Below are positions 37,794 through 51,480 of a stretch of DNA of 64,000 nt, one piece after another. The position numbers and the translations under genes are program-made. The first letter of the stretch is position 1, and the number at the start of each line of letters is the position of its first letter. The stretch comes from Lingula anatina (lineage: Eukaryota; Animalia; Brachiopoda). The notes beneath the pieces were generated by a model that worked only from the letters and a program-made list of their open reading frames with translations, had not been told where the DNA came from and searched no databases. The stretch lies in assembly GCA_051362555.1 (NCBI GenBank), contig CM120641.1, positions 7,378,001 through 7,442,000 of the forward strand, given 5' to 3'.

Positions 37794-40700
37794 TCACCCT
37801 AAAAAGAGTAAAATAAAATGAAAAAAAGCAATTCATCAATTGTGGACTGTAACTGGTAATAAATTCTGTTCTGAGTAAATGTAATCATATCATTGAAGAC
37901 AGTACAAAGCAGGGTCAGACTCTTCTGTGAGATACTTACACAAAGTAGTTTAAAACTAGTGTATCTTAGCTATTAAAAAGAGCATTTGGCTTACACAAGC
38001 ACTATTGTCCTATGGTGATGCAAAGTAAATGATTTTACACAGGATACCATCAGAATGGAAATTAGCTTAGGTATTTTTATTAATTATGCTACACTTTTTT
38101 TGCCTGAATGATGATAAAAAATCTGTATTACCTGCTACCTGTGATTCATTTTCTGGACTAGAGGGGGGAGGTTTGTAAAAAGGATCCTTGGTTAGCATCA
38201 TTTGGTTTATCTTCTCCAAAATATCATTGTCCATAGACACTTTATTTTTCTGAAATCAAAATGCAAAACTATATATTTATTTACTTATTAAAATATAAAT
38301 AAATCTGTATCAATAACTTTTGAAAAAAATCAGAAATGTTATTTAATAATAAACATTTTTTCGTTGTCCTCTGCGTGACAATGAAATAGTCATTGAAACA
38401 TCATCACTAACTAAAAAAGAAGAGGAATTGCCCAAATATTTTTCAAAAAGTTTAAGTCCAAAAATGTCAAGAATTTTACATATAACCTAAATATAATATT
38501 TCTCATATAAACATAAAACTTACATTTAAGCAAATCCTCATCAAACCTGTGCCTGACCCTGAGGACAGCTTGGAAAATGTAGTTTGATATTGTATGGCTT
38601 TGAGCAACTCTTTCATTCCTTCTGAACCTATCAAATTTTCTAAAAACAAAAATATTCAGGTTACAGTTATAGCAAAATCATTTCAATTTGAAGGCCAGTA
38701 AACCAACAACCAATGCATAATGGTGCCATTCCCATATCAAAAATTAAAATAAAGGACAAATTACAATATGTTATAAGTTGATTACAACCCTTTTCTACAT
38801 GTTTTCATATTAGTCCATTTTACATATACTTTTTGTCTTACTTTTTAAATTTAGGCTGATTAAAACTCTGTTTCCAGGTACCCAAAGCTCATGATTGATG
38901 TTTTCTACCTGCTCCAACAGTGGATTTGCAAGCTCTGGTGTTTCAGGCTACAAAAATATATATTTATGACTTGTAAAGATTTATAACAGACGCAAAACCA
39001 AAAATTATAACTCCAAGTACACTTTAGATCAAATACAAAATGTCTCCATCAAACCCTTTTAAACAAAATTAAGCTGAGCACCATGCTTTGTAATAACACA
39101 AAATGCACATTCCATGATTACACAGGCTGGCATCAGGTGGTCCATAAGAAAAAAGCACTTTCAGTCAAAATGCTTTTCAGTTTATAAGACAACCACAGAT
39201 CACCAAAAGGAAAGGAATTTTTGAGTCTTGAGTTCCTTTTTGCATTAATGTTGGAAAAAAAATCATAAAAAAGGTTTTATTAACTTGTACTTGTTTGATT
39301 CAAAAATTTCCTTTGTTTTTTACTTCTTTTAGTTGAGGCTGAAGGTACTTTTGGGCACAAATAAAGACCAAAAGTGGCTTTGGTCTAAAATGTGACAAAT
39401 TTTTGACGGTTAAACAAAGGGAATGTAGCAAAAGTGAACTCTACTTATACACTAGTTAATACATCTATTTGACTGAAAACTCAAGCTATATCTAGACAGG
39501 TGTAAAACAACATGTGTCTGAACACTCTGTAAAATGTGTATTTCCCCAGTGCCTACCTCTGCTTCCTGCTGGACTGCTCCTTTTTTATCTTTTCCTCCTT
39601 TCTTGTCCTTGCCCTTTGCTGCAGTTTTACCTGCTGTTTCGGCTACTACTGATGCTGTAATAAGAAAACCATTATCAGAACATGTATAATGTAAAATATG
39701 GTTCTTGTCGAGTATCTCATGTTTGCTCAACTTGTAAAATGCCTCATCTATAAAAGCAAAGCATAGGCAACCTTTCCTAAAACTATGCTATTATGCAGCA
39801 CCCACTTAAAACAACTCTTTAACAAATATATCTCTCATTTAAGACAGGATATTAAAAAATGTATGTCAACTTAAAAAGACTGTGTTTATGACAATAACGC
39901 AGGGCAAAAAAAGTGGTTTCATAAAAACTATTGCCACAGTGCTACAAAGAAAAAAATTACAAACACTTAAAACTAAAAGAGTAGAAAAAATCCAATATAA
40001 ATTGCAAAATGAATGACAGAATCTAAAGAAAGCCATTAAATCATCACCACTACAACCAAACAAGCCTGAAGTCATGTCAAGTATGTCTTCTGACCAGCAA
40101 GGGGATATAATTTCTACTTGAAAATTCGAATATTTATGATATTTGATTTCATAGTAAAATATCTTTATGAAAAGCACAAAATATTTCCAACCACAACATA
40201 TTTTCCTTCTGGCTCATATACAAAACAATTTCACTTGATTAAGTTTGCCAAATTGGAATAAATCTCAAAGCAATAGTGAATATTTCTATCTTTTTTTAAA
40301 TCATCTTCTACTGTAAATGAACTTTTACAGATGTAATTTCATAAAAGTGATGTTAACCAACAGATGGCAAAGGAAAGAAGCAGGGGCAAAAATGGAACAA
40401 ATAGCCAACAATGACAACCAATAAAAATGAAGAAAATTACAACTACAAGCAAAGACAAGCAATGTCATACAGCACTAAGCAACTATTACTCTTTCTATCG
40501 TGAGAAGACATGCGCATGTCAGCAAGCAAGCGAGTAGCACTGGAAGCAGCTGAGAGAACTGAACTTTGTCCTGAACAAAAGAAGCAAATGCTGGGATCAG
40601 AACAATAAATAAAAACAAAATTATGACTGATACATGTTTGATTACAGAATGTTCATTCCTTTGTGAATTGTATTAGAAATCTTAATTAAGAAATGTGTGT

Positions 40701-43700
40701 AATTCAGTTGAAAGCCATGTGGGATTGTGAAAAATATAGATCTATAATTTTAAAAAGATAAGTAAATAAATTAAACTATCTATAAAATCCATATGCCATG
40801 GACCAACAAACAAATCTGTTTTTAATCCTGAAAAAAGTTTTTGCCAAGTTTTTATTTAAAAATCAGATTCTTGGAGGACCTCTGTCTGATAGAAAAACTT
40901 AAAACATAACTGAAAACCTCTAAATAATTTTGAATTTTGAACAAAACTATGCCAACACTTCAGCCACAAATGATGGATTACATATGATCATCTACACGTA
41001 TATAAACTTTCCACTGCTGTTTGCTTCAAAACTGATGCCTGGGCCAGGACCTCTCTGTCACATCACACTTTATCACCTCATGCTAAGAAACAGCATTATA
41101 AGTCCTACGTATTTACATCTCAAAAAAAAAAATCAACTTGGACAGTGTTTCCAGAATAAACTTGCTAATGCTTTTTACGCCAGGTACGTACAAAGCAAAT
41201 TTATGGTAGGGCCAACCATTTATAAAAAGAAAACAAATACAATTAGCAATGGGAAGCCTGGGTGGGAAGTGGGGGGGGGGGGGGGGGGGGGAGACAGCTA
41301 AAAAGTATATATTTTAAAACTAGTCATCAACTGATGGGGTTTTTTTCCAGTGACATAATATCTTAAAGATTTATTTAACTATATACACATTTGGCTTAAA
41401 GAAGTGAACAGAGCGCCATACCTGCATCCTGCACTTAGACACTCCTGCTCCTACAGTACATCCACATATGCAACAGGGCAATTCACAGCAATATACACAT
41501 CATGCATGGCAATGTTGTTAATAAGTCACCTAAACCATATCAATAATGTAGACTTCACTATCCCTCCACCAGGTCTATTCCTTTCTAAGCCTAATAGGTA
41601 AACTAAACTATAATACCTTATCTAACCTACAATAACATGCTATAAAGTTAATTTTTCTAACCAAGTCAACCTTTTCTCATTTCAATCAATATGTTTATTT
41701 CTTTTCTAACCCAGGTCTTTCTACACCTAGAATTATAACCTAACTTTTACTAGTATCTAAACAGATGCGCCTACCTCCTGAACTACGGCCTCCTATACCT
41801 GAACTTGAGACTGTCAGTTAAGAAATAAAGAAGTGAAGCATATATTCCATCAAGTGAATTTAAATATATTTATAAATGGTGTGATTATTATTCCCTAGAT
41901 AATCTACAACTACACAAAATGCTGAAAACCAAAAAAATGTACATACAATAACTGGCCTGCCTATATAATTCACTGCCTATACCAGTAATGCTATTAAAAC
42001 TTAACCTGAATGCATGTTCAAAAACTGCACTTTTTCAATCAGCTTGAAGTGTCATGTTAGGCTGACAAAATGCTATTAGAAGCAAGACAGAATTTTACAA
42101 TACCCTAAAGAAAATTATAAGTCTGAGGCATCATTACTTTGCTGAGATCAATAAAAGTTGCTTAACATTATGCATTATGTATTCAGTTTTCACTATTCTA
42201 TGTCATTACTACTCCTCATACTAGTAAGTTATATCTAAATAACATAAATATCATTTATTAGATGTCTGAAAAACCCTAAGTTACATAAAACTAACATTCA
42301 CTTCCAAGTTCCACATGTATAAGTCTGAGCCAAGGCATCTACAGTGTGCAAAAAAGTTCACACTAGGCTTCATTGTCAATAAAAATACATGTATATGTTT
42401 TAGTACAAGGCCATGGTCACAACTGGACTACTTCAGTCTAACACTCATCAACAGTTCATCTAATGTCTCAACTTGGAATTAAAAGCTCAAAGCCACAGTA
42501 AGAATCCAGATGTATTTTAGTTGTCTGTTGATGTTGGCTAGACATCTTAAAGTAAGTCCATTAGTCCAATATTGTCACCATGGGCTTCAGAGGTCATTGG
42601 CACCACAATATTATCAGTCTTCCTCTACCTTTTCCAGTTCCCTGTACCCTGGATACCGAAAATGGCAGAGGTTTGCTGATGATAGAGGGGAGTTTTGGTA
42701 TCAGGACAATTGCTCCCCTCCACAATCCTCCCACACACCCAGCCTGGACAATTCCCCCTTGCAATGAATATAATAATGAGAAAGTTGTCCTAGAATCATG
42801 AGTTTCCAATGACCTCTGAAACTCAGGGTGAATATTGTGGGAAGACAGCTTATAATGTGTGCAGGTGCAGGTGCATGTTGTGAAAATGGAGCTGATATTA
42901 ACCTTTAGACCCTTTGGTATCAGCTGTGCACACATACGAGAACCAGCAGGTGTAGGTATGAAATAGAAAACACAAATCCATTAGCACAAGTCACAGCAAG
43001 ATATAAGTACCCAATGTTTCTGATACAACAAAACATAAGTCTTCTATTTAAAAACAGGTACAGTTATGCATGCAGTAATATACAACATGTTTTAACCATC
43101 ATGTTATCATTTTTTTGGTTGTTAATAAACACTTCAAAGGTTTAGTAATTGATAATTATCACTAATTCATTTTAAAATGTTAAATTTTTCAATATCAAAT
43201 CTTTAGAAGGTAAAAAGTTGAAAGATCACTTCAATAACTCATAGATGGTCATATATAATTTGTTATCTACAGCAATCTTTTCATTAAAGGGCACAGCATG
43301 GTAACTAATTTGTTCACCTTTCTTGCCAGCAGTTTTGTCTTCCTTTTTGCCTTTCTTGTCATCTTTTTCATCTTTTCCTTTTGTGTCCTGGAGAAATGGA
43401 TGTCAAACAATACAAAATCATTTTAAGAAATCATCACAGCATGTAAAATACACAAGTCTGTTTTTTAATACAGTTATTAAAGATTCATAAACAGCATCAC
43501 TTCAATGATATCACTAAAACTCTGTTAAATCAATATCATCATACCTTTATTCAAGGGTTGTGTACTCACTTTTTTCTTTGAAGATTTGTCCCTCTTTTTA
43601 TCTATCTGAGAGCTACTTCTTACACTTCCTGGCCTGTCTTTAGAATCAGCCCTTCTGCTTGGTGGAGGCTATAATAGAAATTTACAGATTAAACATATTC

Positions 43701-46700
43701 TTTTCAATGGTACATTAGAGTGACAAACACACAATGAATGCTTTTAATGAGAGAAAAATTCAGCAATATGCCATATATGAAGTTAATTTATTTCAGGGGC
43801 TTCACACACAGCCTTAATATCTTTATCACTTTAAAAATGAATTGCTTTAGTTCTCTTGCAATTATTAATACTTACAGATTTTGTCCTATCTGGAGCTCCC
43901 TTTTCTGAAAGCAATTTTCTCCTCTCTACAACTTCTTCATGGGTCAATGGAAATCTAGATAAAACCTAAAAGAAAAAAGAAAGAAAAAAAACTCTTTTAC
44001 CTTCTTCAAGTCTGTTCTTTAAACAGCTTAGTATATTTTAAAACTGTACACATATTCCCTTATCAAAACTCAATGATTCACTTTTCAACTTTATTTAGAG
44101 TGAATTCATAATAAACTACAGCCTGTAATACCATCCAAATCAATCTGTTAAAAGTTTCTAGGGGAAATACCCATATTTCAGCATTAAAGCAAATTCCCAA
44201 CTTACCTCTCCAAATTTCTTAGCTCCAAGATCCCCAATCTGATTGTGTTCTAGTGACAAGGAAAGCAAATTACGGTTCATTCTGAGTCCCTGTAAAGAAG
44301 AAAAGAAATCCCTGTGATGTGATTTCTAAACCTGAAAATCTTTTTTAACAACTGCTGTAACGTACCATTTCACATTCCCCTTACATTACACAGTATAGTT
44401 ACCAACATATTACTTTCACATTAAGAAATACTTCCTGCTTACCTTTTTGAGAATTTGTTTTCAGCCTTTTATTATAATTTTCTATGTTCTAAAACCATGA
44501 ACCATATCTCACATTCATGAAATATTTCTATTCAATAAAAGTCTTTCTATAAATCAACTTCTAAACAAATCTGTAATTTATCTTTCTAAACTGCATCCAC
44601 TTACCCCAGCTATAGCTGTTGCCCCAACATCAGTGATTCTATTGCCATTGAGATTAAGTGATAAGAGTTTAGTGTTAGCTTTCTGTGTGGTCCCCAGAGC
44701 CTTTCCAATCTGTTCTGCGCCTTTGTCAGTAATTTGATTATAACGCAAGGACAAGGTCTGGATTCTGGAAAAAAAAATTATCCATGGCTTTATAAATAAT
44801 TGGTAACGGACCAACAATACAAATACTTTGTGTTCAACATGTGTTCAACATGTTTTGTATCATCATCCATATTTTGCTGTATCCATATCTTGTGTTAAAA
44901 TTTTGATTACTCAAATAAAATTTTAAATCATGGTTACTCATTACTTACTGGCTTTCATCACCAATGAGTGAATACCAGTTTTCTTCTGGAACTGGGTTTC
45001 CATCTAAAATAACAGTTCTGAAATACCAAAAATAAAAATTTATACTATCAATTAAGACACTTGTGATGTGAATTGTAATCAGATAAATAAAACACTAAAA
45101 ATAATTTCAGCATGTTGTTCAAACATTGAAAAAAATTAAAAGGTAAATCATATCAGTCTGTTTATGTTATAAGCTGCTATCTAACATACTTAAGGTTGGC
45201 ACATTGAGGCAGGAATCCAGATAGAATTTCCACTGTGTCACATGTTAGCCCTGTATCCCATAAACTAAAATAAAGATAAATGTACATAAAATGAAAAACA
45301 AAAATAAAATGTATACAATCTAAAAAATAATGAATTCCTCATCATACATTTTCTTTGTAGCACTGCGGTAATATGAATTCCTCATCATATTATCACATCT
45401 GTAAACATGTGTACAAAAAGTAATAACAAGGCAGCAAAGCTGTCAAATGTACAGACAAAAACAGAAAATAACAAGACAGCACTGTTCTGAAATGGGTTTA
45501 TTTCCATTTTTAACCATTTTTAACATAAAACAAAATTAACAGTTTACAGCCAATTTTATATGATCAACTAAGAAAATTGATGAGATGGGAAAAATATCAA
45601 TAGAATAGTGTTAAATGTCCAATTTCTTCCATTCTGAGATTCTGAACATAGTGAATGATTCAATCTGACAAACTGCAATGATATGAGTTTATTTCCATTT
45701 TTGAAACTTTATTACACAATACACAATAAAAAGTTTAACATCATTTTTACAAAATCAACTAACAATGTTGTAAAGATGCAGGAAATGTCAAAAAAACACT
45801 TTTACATATCTTATTAATTAAATAATGAAACTGTTAACATGCCTAAGAATTGAATCTAAGGAAATGTAAAAAACAGCATAACTTCTAAAATAATGGCCCG
45901 ATTATGCTGATTTTTTAACTTAACCTGCGTTTTAGCAGGATTGACCACTCCTGTGAGTTTAATGACAATTGGCCCATCTGTTTTTCTTATATTGTGTTTA
46001 CAGTGTGGCATATATGCTGAAAAGTGAAAAAACAGCATAACTTCTACAATAATGGCCTGATCATGCTGATTTTCGAACTTGACCTGCATTTTATGAATAT
46101 TCATCAGCTCTGTAAATATAAAGCCAAAAAGTAAAACTGCCTTCCACTTATCGTGTTTACAAGGAAAGTGCACGGCGACGACGGCGATGACAGACGCAGG
46201 TGATGGCAATATGTACAGACACATATATATATATTTACTGTACTGTTTGAGAACAGTAAGTGACATGGTTTTTCTTAAATGGTCATCATGGGAGTAGTGC
46301 CCAAAATAGGTTTTTTTCAAATTTTGATGCAATATTACATAATGTTTAACAGCATGATGACCATCAATTTTTAATAATAAAATATTAGTATCATGGTTAT
46401 TCAGAAAATGTGACTAGCAAAGGTCTTCAGGCCCATGGAACTTCAAAGTCACAACTTGAAAATGCCAAAATGTAAACAAAACAGCACTGTTCTGAAATGT
46501 TTTTTTTTCCATTTTTAACAATTTTTAACATAAAACAAAATTAACAGTTTACTGCCATTTTTATATGATCAACTAAGACAATTGATGAGATGGGAAAAAT
46601 ATCAACAGAGCAGTGTTAAATGTCCAATTTCTTCCATTCTGAGATTCTGAACATAGTGAATGATTGAATCTGACAAACTGCAATGATATGAGTTTATTTC

Positions 46701-49700
46701 CATTTTTGAAACTTTATTACACAATACACGATAACAAGTTTACCATCATTTTTACAAAATCAACTAACAATGTTGTAAAGATGCAGGAAATGTCAAACAA
46801 ACACTTTTACGTATCTTATTAGTTTAATAATGAGACTGTTAACATGCCTAAGAATTGAATCTGAGGAAATGTGAAAAATATGCTGAAAAGTGAAAAAACA
46901 GCATAACTTCTACAATAATGGCCCGATCATGCTGATTTTCGAACTTGACCTGCGTTTTATGAATATTCATCAGCTCTGTAAATATAAAGCCAAAAAGTAA
47001 AACTGCCCTCCACTTATCGTGTTTACAAGGAAAGTGCACGGCGCCGGCATCGGCATCGCCATCGCCATCGCCATCGGCGACGACAGACGCAGGTGATGGC
47101 AATATGTACAGACACATCTGTGTCTGTACATAAAAATGTCAATGAAGATTAAAAATATTAAGTTTTTAAAATGGAGTTGCAAGATACTACTGAACGTTAT
47201 GCTCCCAACTTTTAATTCCTGACTAAAACTATTTCCTTTATTCCAAAACCTATTAAATTTTATTTACTTGATGGTATGAAGTCTATCCATAGTAAGCCAG
47301 CATTGCTTGAATACGTTCATCATAGTTTCATCTATCTTCCAACCTATAAGTGATAAAGCCAAATGCAACTATCAACTATCAGTTCAAAATCAGTTTGAAA
47401 AAAGTAAACATTATCCATTCTATTTTCAACAATACAGTTCTGTCATAATGTTTTGTGTGTTGTGCTTGAAAAATGGCACCACAGAAAACAGATGCCCCAG
47501 GTTCATTGATGATTGGAAACTTATTCCTACTATCCACTAGCGGGGAGCCTCTGCTGTTTCCAATAAATAGGAATGGCAGAGGCCTGTTTATTGTGGAAGC
47601 TATATCCCAATTATCTCTGAAATCCAGTTAAAATTAATTTTCAAAAAATTAATTTTTTGGTTACATTTAACAAATCTCATGCCTACCTTTAACAAAGACT
47701 TCTGTGACAGTGTCCCATTTGTCTGGGTTATCCATTTCCACCTGAACTGTAGGTTTGAAATATTCATACTTGTCCTTAGTTGTGTAAGTCTTCGGAGGTG
47801 GTTCAACAGGTTCTTAAAAAAAGTTGTGATACCATTATAAGATAACAATACTGGAAGAAAAAACAAAACAGTAACAAGATATTTCACTGTCTTTACACTC
47901 TTGTCTCTTTTCTACTGGTGACTCTGGGAGTGAAATAAAACCTGAAGGTATTTTTCTATTACAACCATCTTTATCAGGTAGCTAAAATCCCATGTACTGT
48001 GGTTACCTCCTTCTCCCTCAGGTTCAGGATCAGGTTCTGGTTGTTGCTGTTGTTGCTTTCCTTTCCCCTTCTCAGCCTTGCTGGCTGGCTCAGGGGGTGG
48101 TGTGACAGGGCGGTGGGGACGCTGAACCACAGGCGGAATGACCGCCATATTGTTCCTCCTACACAGTTCAGTGAAGTCTACACTTAGGTTGCCTGTGCAC
48201 ACATGTGGCTCTGAAATCATTAAACGAGAAATAATATTTCTAACTGAGAATGACTTCCATTGTTTGTAGCTGAATAATCTTGCTGCTTAAACCACATCTG
48301 AAAATTAGACAAATATTAAAATCCAAGAGAAGTTCTTGATAAATTTTGGGTGCATTGAATTGAATGGGTTTCATGGGGTAATTGTTCTTAATGCTTACAC
48401 ACCATGCAAGCTTTATTCCATAATCAAGAAATGGGGGAAGAAGATTCAGATATATGTAGAAAATCATATCTCATCAAATTTTATTATAAATCATTCAACA
48501 AGACCTAGCAGTTCATCTCAAAACTAGTTACAGGTCTGTAGTTAGTATTTTGATAAACATGCTACAGTCCACTTGTATTGTAGCAATTAACAAATGTGAG
48601 TGATAAGCATAAAAGCTTCAGAGAAAATCAAATCTTATCAATTGATTATTCACTTAATCATTATACTTCTCACGATATACAAAAGATGTAAACATCACTC
48701 TCATTATTTCCATGATACTACTTAGACTCTACTTTAAGCTTTTACTTCTAATCATTCTTTAACTAGGCAAAAAGCAACAAGTTAGGTATAGATAAGGCCT
48801 TCACCTTTAAAGCTCATTAAACACCTGTAACATACCCATTAGAAAAGCAATATTGTTTTTAAAATAAGCATATGTCTATCTTAGTGAATGTTCTCAGCAA
48901 CGTCTATATTCTTTGAGACAAGACAATATATAATTATGCACTAAATGGTTTGAACCAAAAAGTGATATAAATCAGCATTTAAAAAAATAGTGTGTACTGA
49001 AATGCACAAATGAATATTAATCACTTTGGTTAGACATGCCTACAGTGTTGGAATCAATGTATAGAAAAGTAATGGTCAGGAAATAAAGATGGTGAGTATA
49101 ATTTAGTTTAAATCAATCAAGAATTATTAAAATACTTTTTTTTTTATACTGAATTATTTACAGTATTTAAAATGAGAATAAAGAGCAAAATAATCAACAA
49201 AAATACGTTATTTCGAATTAAAATGACAAAGAATATGAATTTCTTAAAAACAAAATGACGTAGAATAGAAAAAAATATCTAAAAGAAAATACATTTGAAT
49301 ATTTTACTAAGAAACTAACTGTTTACACAAAATAGATTCCCTTTTCCTAATGAAAAGGTTTAAATTAAGTCAACCAAGTACCCCCTCTTCCCAATTAGCC
49401 TTGATAGCTTCTATCCTGTATATTATTCACACCCGTGCCTAAATATGGAAAACTACTTGTACTATGGAATAACATCTAGAAGTACACAATTTAATATGTA
49501 AAGAAAGGATAGGATATAATATCCGATTGAAAACCAAAAATTTAATATTGCTGAAATAAAACCACAGGTTTTGATGAGTTCATGCAAAATACTATAAACA
49601 AGACCTATATCGATGAGTTTGGGTTAGGAGTAAGGAGACGGAAAGAAACCCACAACCATGCATATTGTGCAGCAAGGCAGCTGTACTTAAATGATTTCTG

Positions 49701-50217
49701 CATAAAATATGTTACCTGAATCGTCACCTGGCTCTGAAAACACAAACTTGCACAATGAATGAATCTGTGAGTAAGACATACAACTATTTTGTACACAAAA
49801 CAGCAATAATTAACAAAAAAAAATTAAGTCAAAGGTTCAAGCAATCAGACCCTTCATAAAATTGTCTTCTTTATCAGCGCAGCATTCTACCAATGCATAA
49901 CTATGCCATATTCTAAACTGTTTGTAAATACATTTTAGCAAACTAAACATTTTATCAGTCTCTATTTATTCAATGACACCTATATCTAAGAAAACCAAAT
50001 CTCCAAATTTTTTTTGGCATCATGTCTGTTTAAACTTATGGTTTTGTTTAAAAAATCATAACTTGTCTAATGTAAGAGGGTTATATAATATATAATTTTG
50101 GTTTTGAATTTATATGGTTAGGTTGAACAAACCTGGAGTTTTACTGTCATCCTCATGTTCTTGACTGGCACTGGAATGCCCCTTGTCCTTCAGGGCTTTC
50201 TCTATTTTTTTGCCCAT
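37794..50217 (-). CDS. LRRC71: Leucine-rich repeat-containing protein 71 homolog (~526 aa core from the ATG at 50217). Exons 50133-50236, 48007-48210, 47687-47812, 47268-47343, 45190-45264, 44949-45017, 44605-44764, 44206-44289, 43876-43965, 43570-43668, 43318-43387, 39557-39654, 38842-38947, 38524-38639, 38132-38249, 37794-37798
   Basis: KYEYFKPTVQVE..VFVKGWKIDE..NLWDTGLT..LDGNPVPE..LSLRYNQITDKGAEQIGKAL..LLSLNLNGNRITDVGA..GLRMNRNLLSLSL..LTHEEVVERRKLL..NPLLE..PGNRVLISLNL..IQYQ..KDP follows the recalled human LRRC71 colinearly. Junctions are phase-consistent. Confidence 0.9.
40490..40570 (-). CDS. LRRC71: Candidate cassette exon of LRRC71 (81 nt, phase 1-1; GQSSVLSAASSATRLLADMRMSSHDRK)
   Basis: cttcttttgttcag acceptor, gtaata donor, open and frame-preserving. 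Confidence 0.6.
41775..41810 (-). CDS. LRRC71: Candidate 36-nt cassette exon of LRRC71 (phase 1-1; VSSSGIGGRSSG)
   Basis: tcttaactgacag acceptor, gtaggc donor, open and frame-preserving. Confidence 0.55.
45424..47136 (-). mobile_element. Helentron-associated interspersed element (HINE / pearl-CvA-like) with duplicated core, in an LRRC71 intron
   Basis: Perfect 13-bp hairpin atgtacagacaca-tc-tgtgtctgtacat (47104-47131), adjacent GC microsatellite, matching subTIR atgtacagaca (45447-45457) with short palindrome cagc-aaa-gctg at the other end. Core ~45476-46222 is repeated at ~46481-47117. Confidence 0.75.
49716..49733 (-). CDS. LRRC71: Candidate 18-nt microexon of LRRC71 (phase 1-1; EPGDDS)
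   Basis: gtttgtgttttcag|AGCCAGGTGACGATTCAG|gtaaca; frame-preserving; TGC motif upstream of the acceptor. Confidence 0.55.
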
Positions 50218-51309
50218 TTTAACCTTCTTCACAAAGCTGAAAAGATAACACCTGGCATTAAGTAAAAGGTAAATTCCATATATATATATAGAAAGCTATA
50301 TTTTGAATAAATCTGTCTTTTTTTAACATCCCTTCACAAAACTGCTTCATTTCTTTCAAAATATTTAAAAACTTAAACCAGTGACAGTATATAATTATAT
50401 TTTATTTAAATGAACCTGTCTCTTACAACTATTTACAGCTTCAAGATGCATTATGCACCACCCAAATGAATTAATTCAAAATAAAAGTTTCATGACACAT
50501 GCAATATTAAGCAATAACTAAAAAATGAAATAAACAAAGATGACCTGCAAGCAACAGGATAAATATCAAATTGCACTCTGCAATTGAATATTTAAATGCA
50601 CCAGAGAAATTCACCAGATATGACAAGCCAATTCAGCACTTTTGAAAAATAATAATATTATACATATTTTTCAATGAGATTAAATGCATTATGCATGAAA
50701 AAAAAACTTCAATGACTCAAACCTGCCAGCCACTATATCTGCAAATGCCGCCATTTTGATAAAGATCTGCAGCAGAAACATTACTGATCCATATTATCAT
50801 AATGTAAGGTAAACAGAGAACATGCTCAGATAATATTTGTAGTTCTAAAGCACCGTGACAATTCTGATTTGGATGTATATGTACATGACAGCTTTTTTAA
50901 ATAACAAAACATTCATTTTCTTCAACACTGTTTATACCTAACTTGTAAAAATAATTAACAAGTCAATGATGCACAGCATGAGTGTCTCACAATATTTTAT
51001 CACATATTTATGCACTTAGTAGTTATTTATCAACTTCTACAAATGCTCCTATTCACTCACATAAAATCTTACTTTTAAAGTAATCATTTATAATGAAATG
51101 AACAACTATAAGTGGCTTTTTTTCTCTGACAAAACTGTTGATTCTCTTTTTCTGACATTCCCCATGACTCTGTAGATCTGAGAAATTCAACAATTCCTTG
51201 AACCATACATCTCTATTGTCATTTTAACAGTCTGTGACGTTATCTTTACAATGATATTATTTTTTGTTATGTGACAACCCCAAGTGTACGTATTAATTCA
51301 TCCTCTTAC

Positions 51310-51480
51310 CGGGTATATGTAGGATTTGTTTTACAATTTTTCAGCTACACACTATCCACTTCAGATTTTTATTTCAAAATCTATAGCATTGAATAGGCAG
51401 GAAAATATGCACGTAGCTATGAAGCAATTTACATCTAAGTCTGACTCTAAGGCTCAAGCAAAAATGGCGACCTTCCAATA
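51310..51480 (-). other. LRRC71: Candidate non-coding proximal first exon/promoter of LRRC71
   Basis: Donor CCG|gtaaga at 51309, YY1-like caaaaatggcgac at 51459-51471, start of the CpG-rich zone, no in-frame ATG. Confidence 0.5.

Noticed and set aside
41422-41450. Possible extra LRRC71 microexon (CAG|gtatgg donor)
   Set aside because: Likely acceptors give 29, 23 or 7 nt (frameshifting). Only a weak AAG acceptor gives 12 nt.
45856-47182. ORFs of 158, 89 and 70 aa
   Set aside because: They lie inside the non-coding HINE-like repeat; no transposase or Rep/helicase motifs.
47600-47887. 95-aa ORF listed in the track
   Set aside because: Wrong frame. The LRRC71 exon 47687-47812 is read in another frame (EPVEPPPKTY...).
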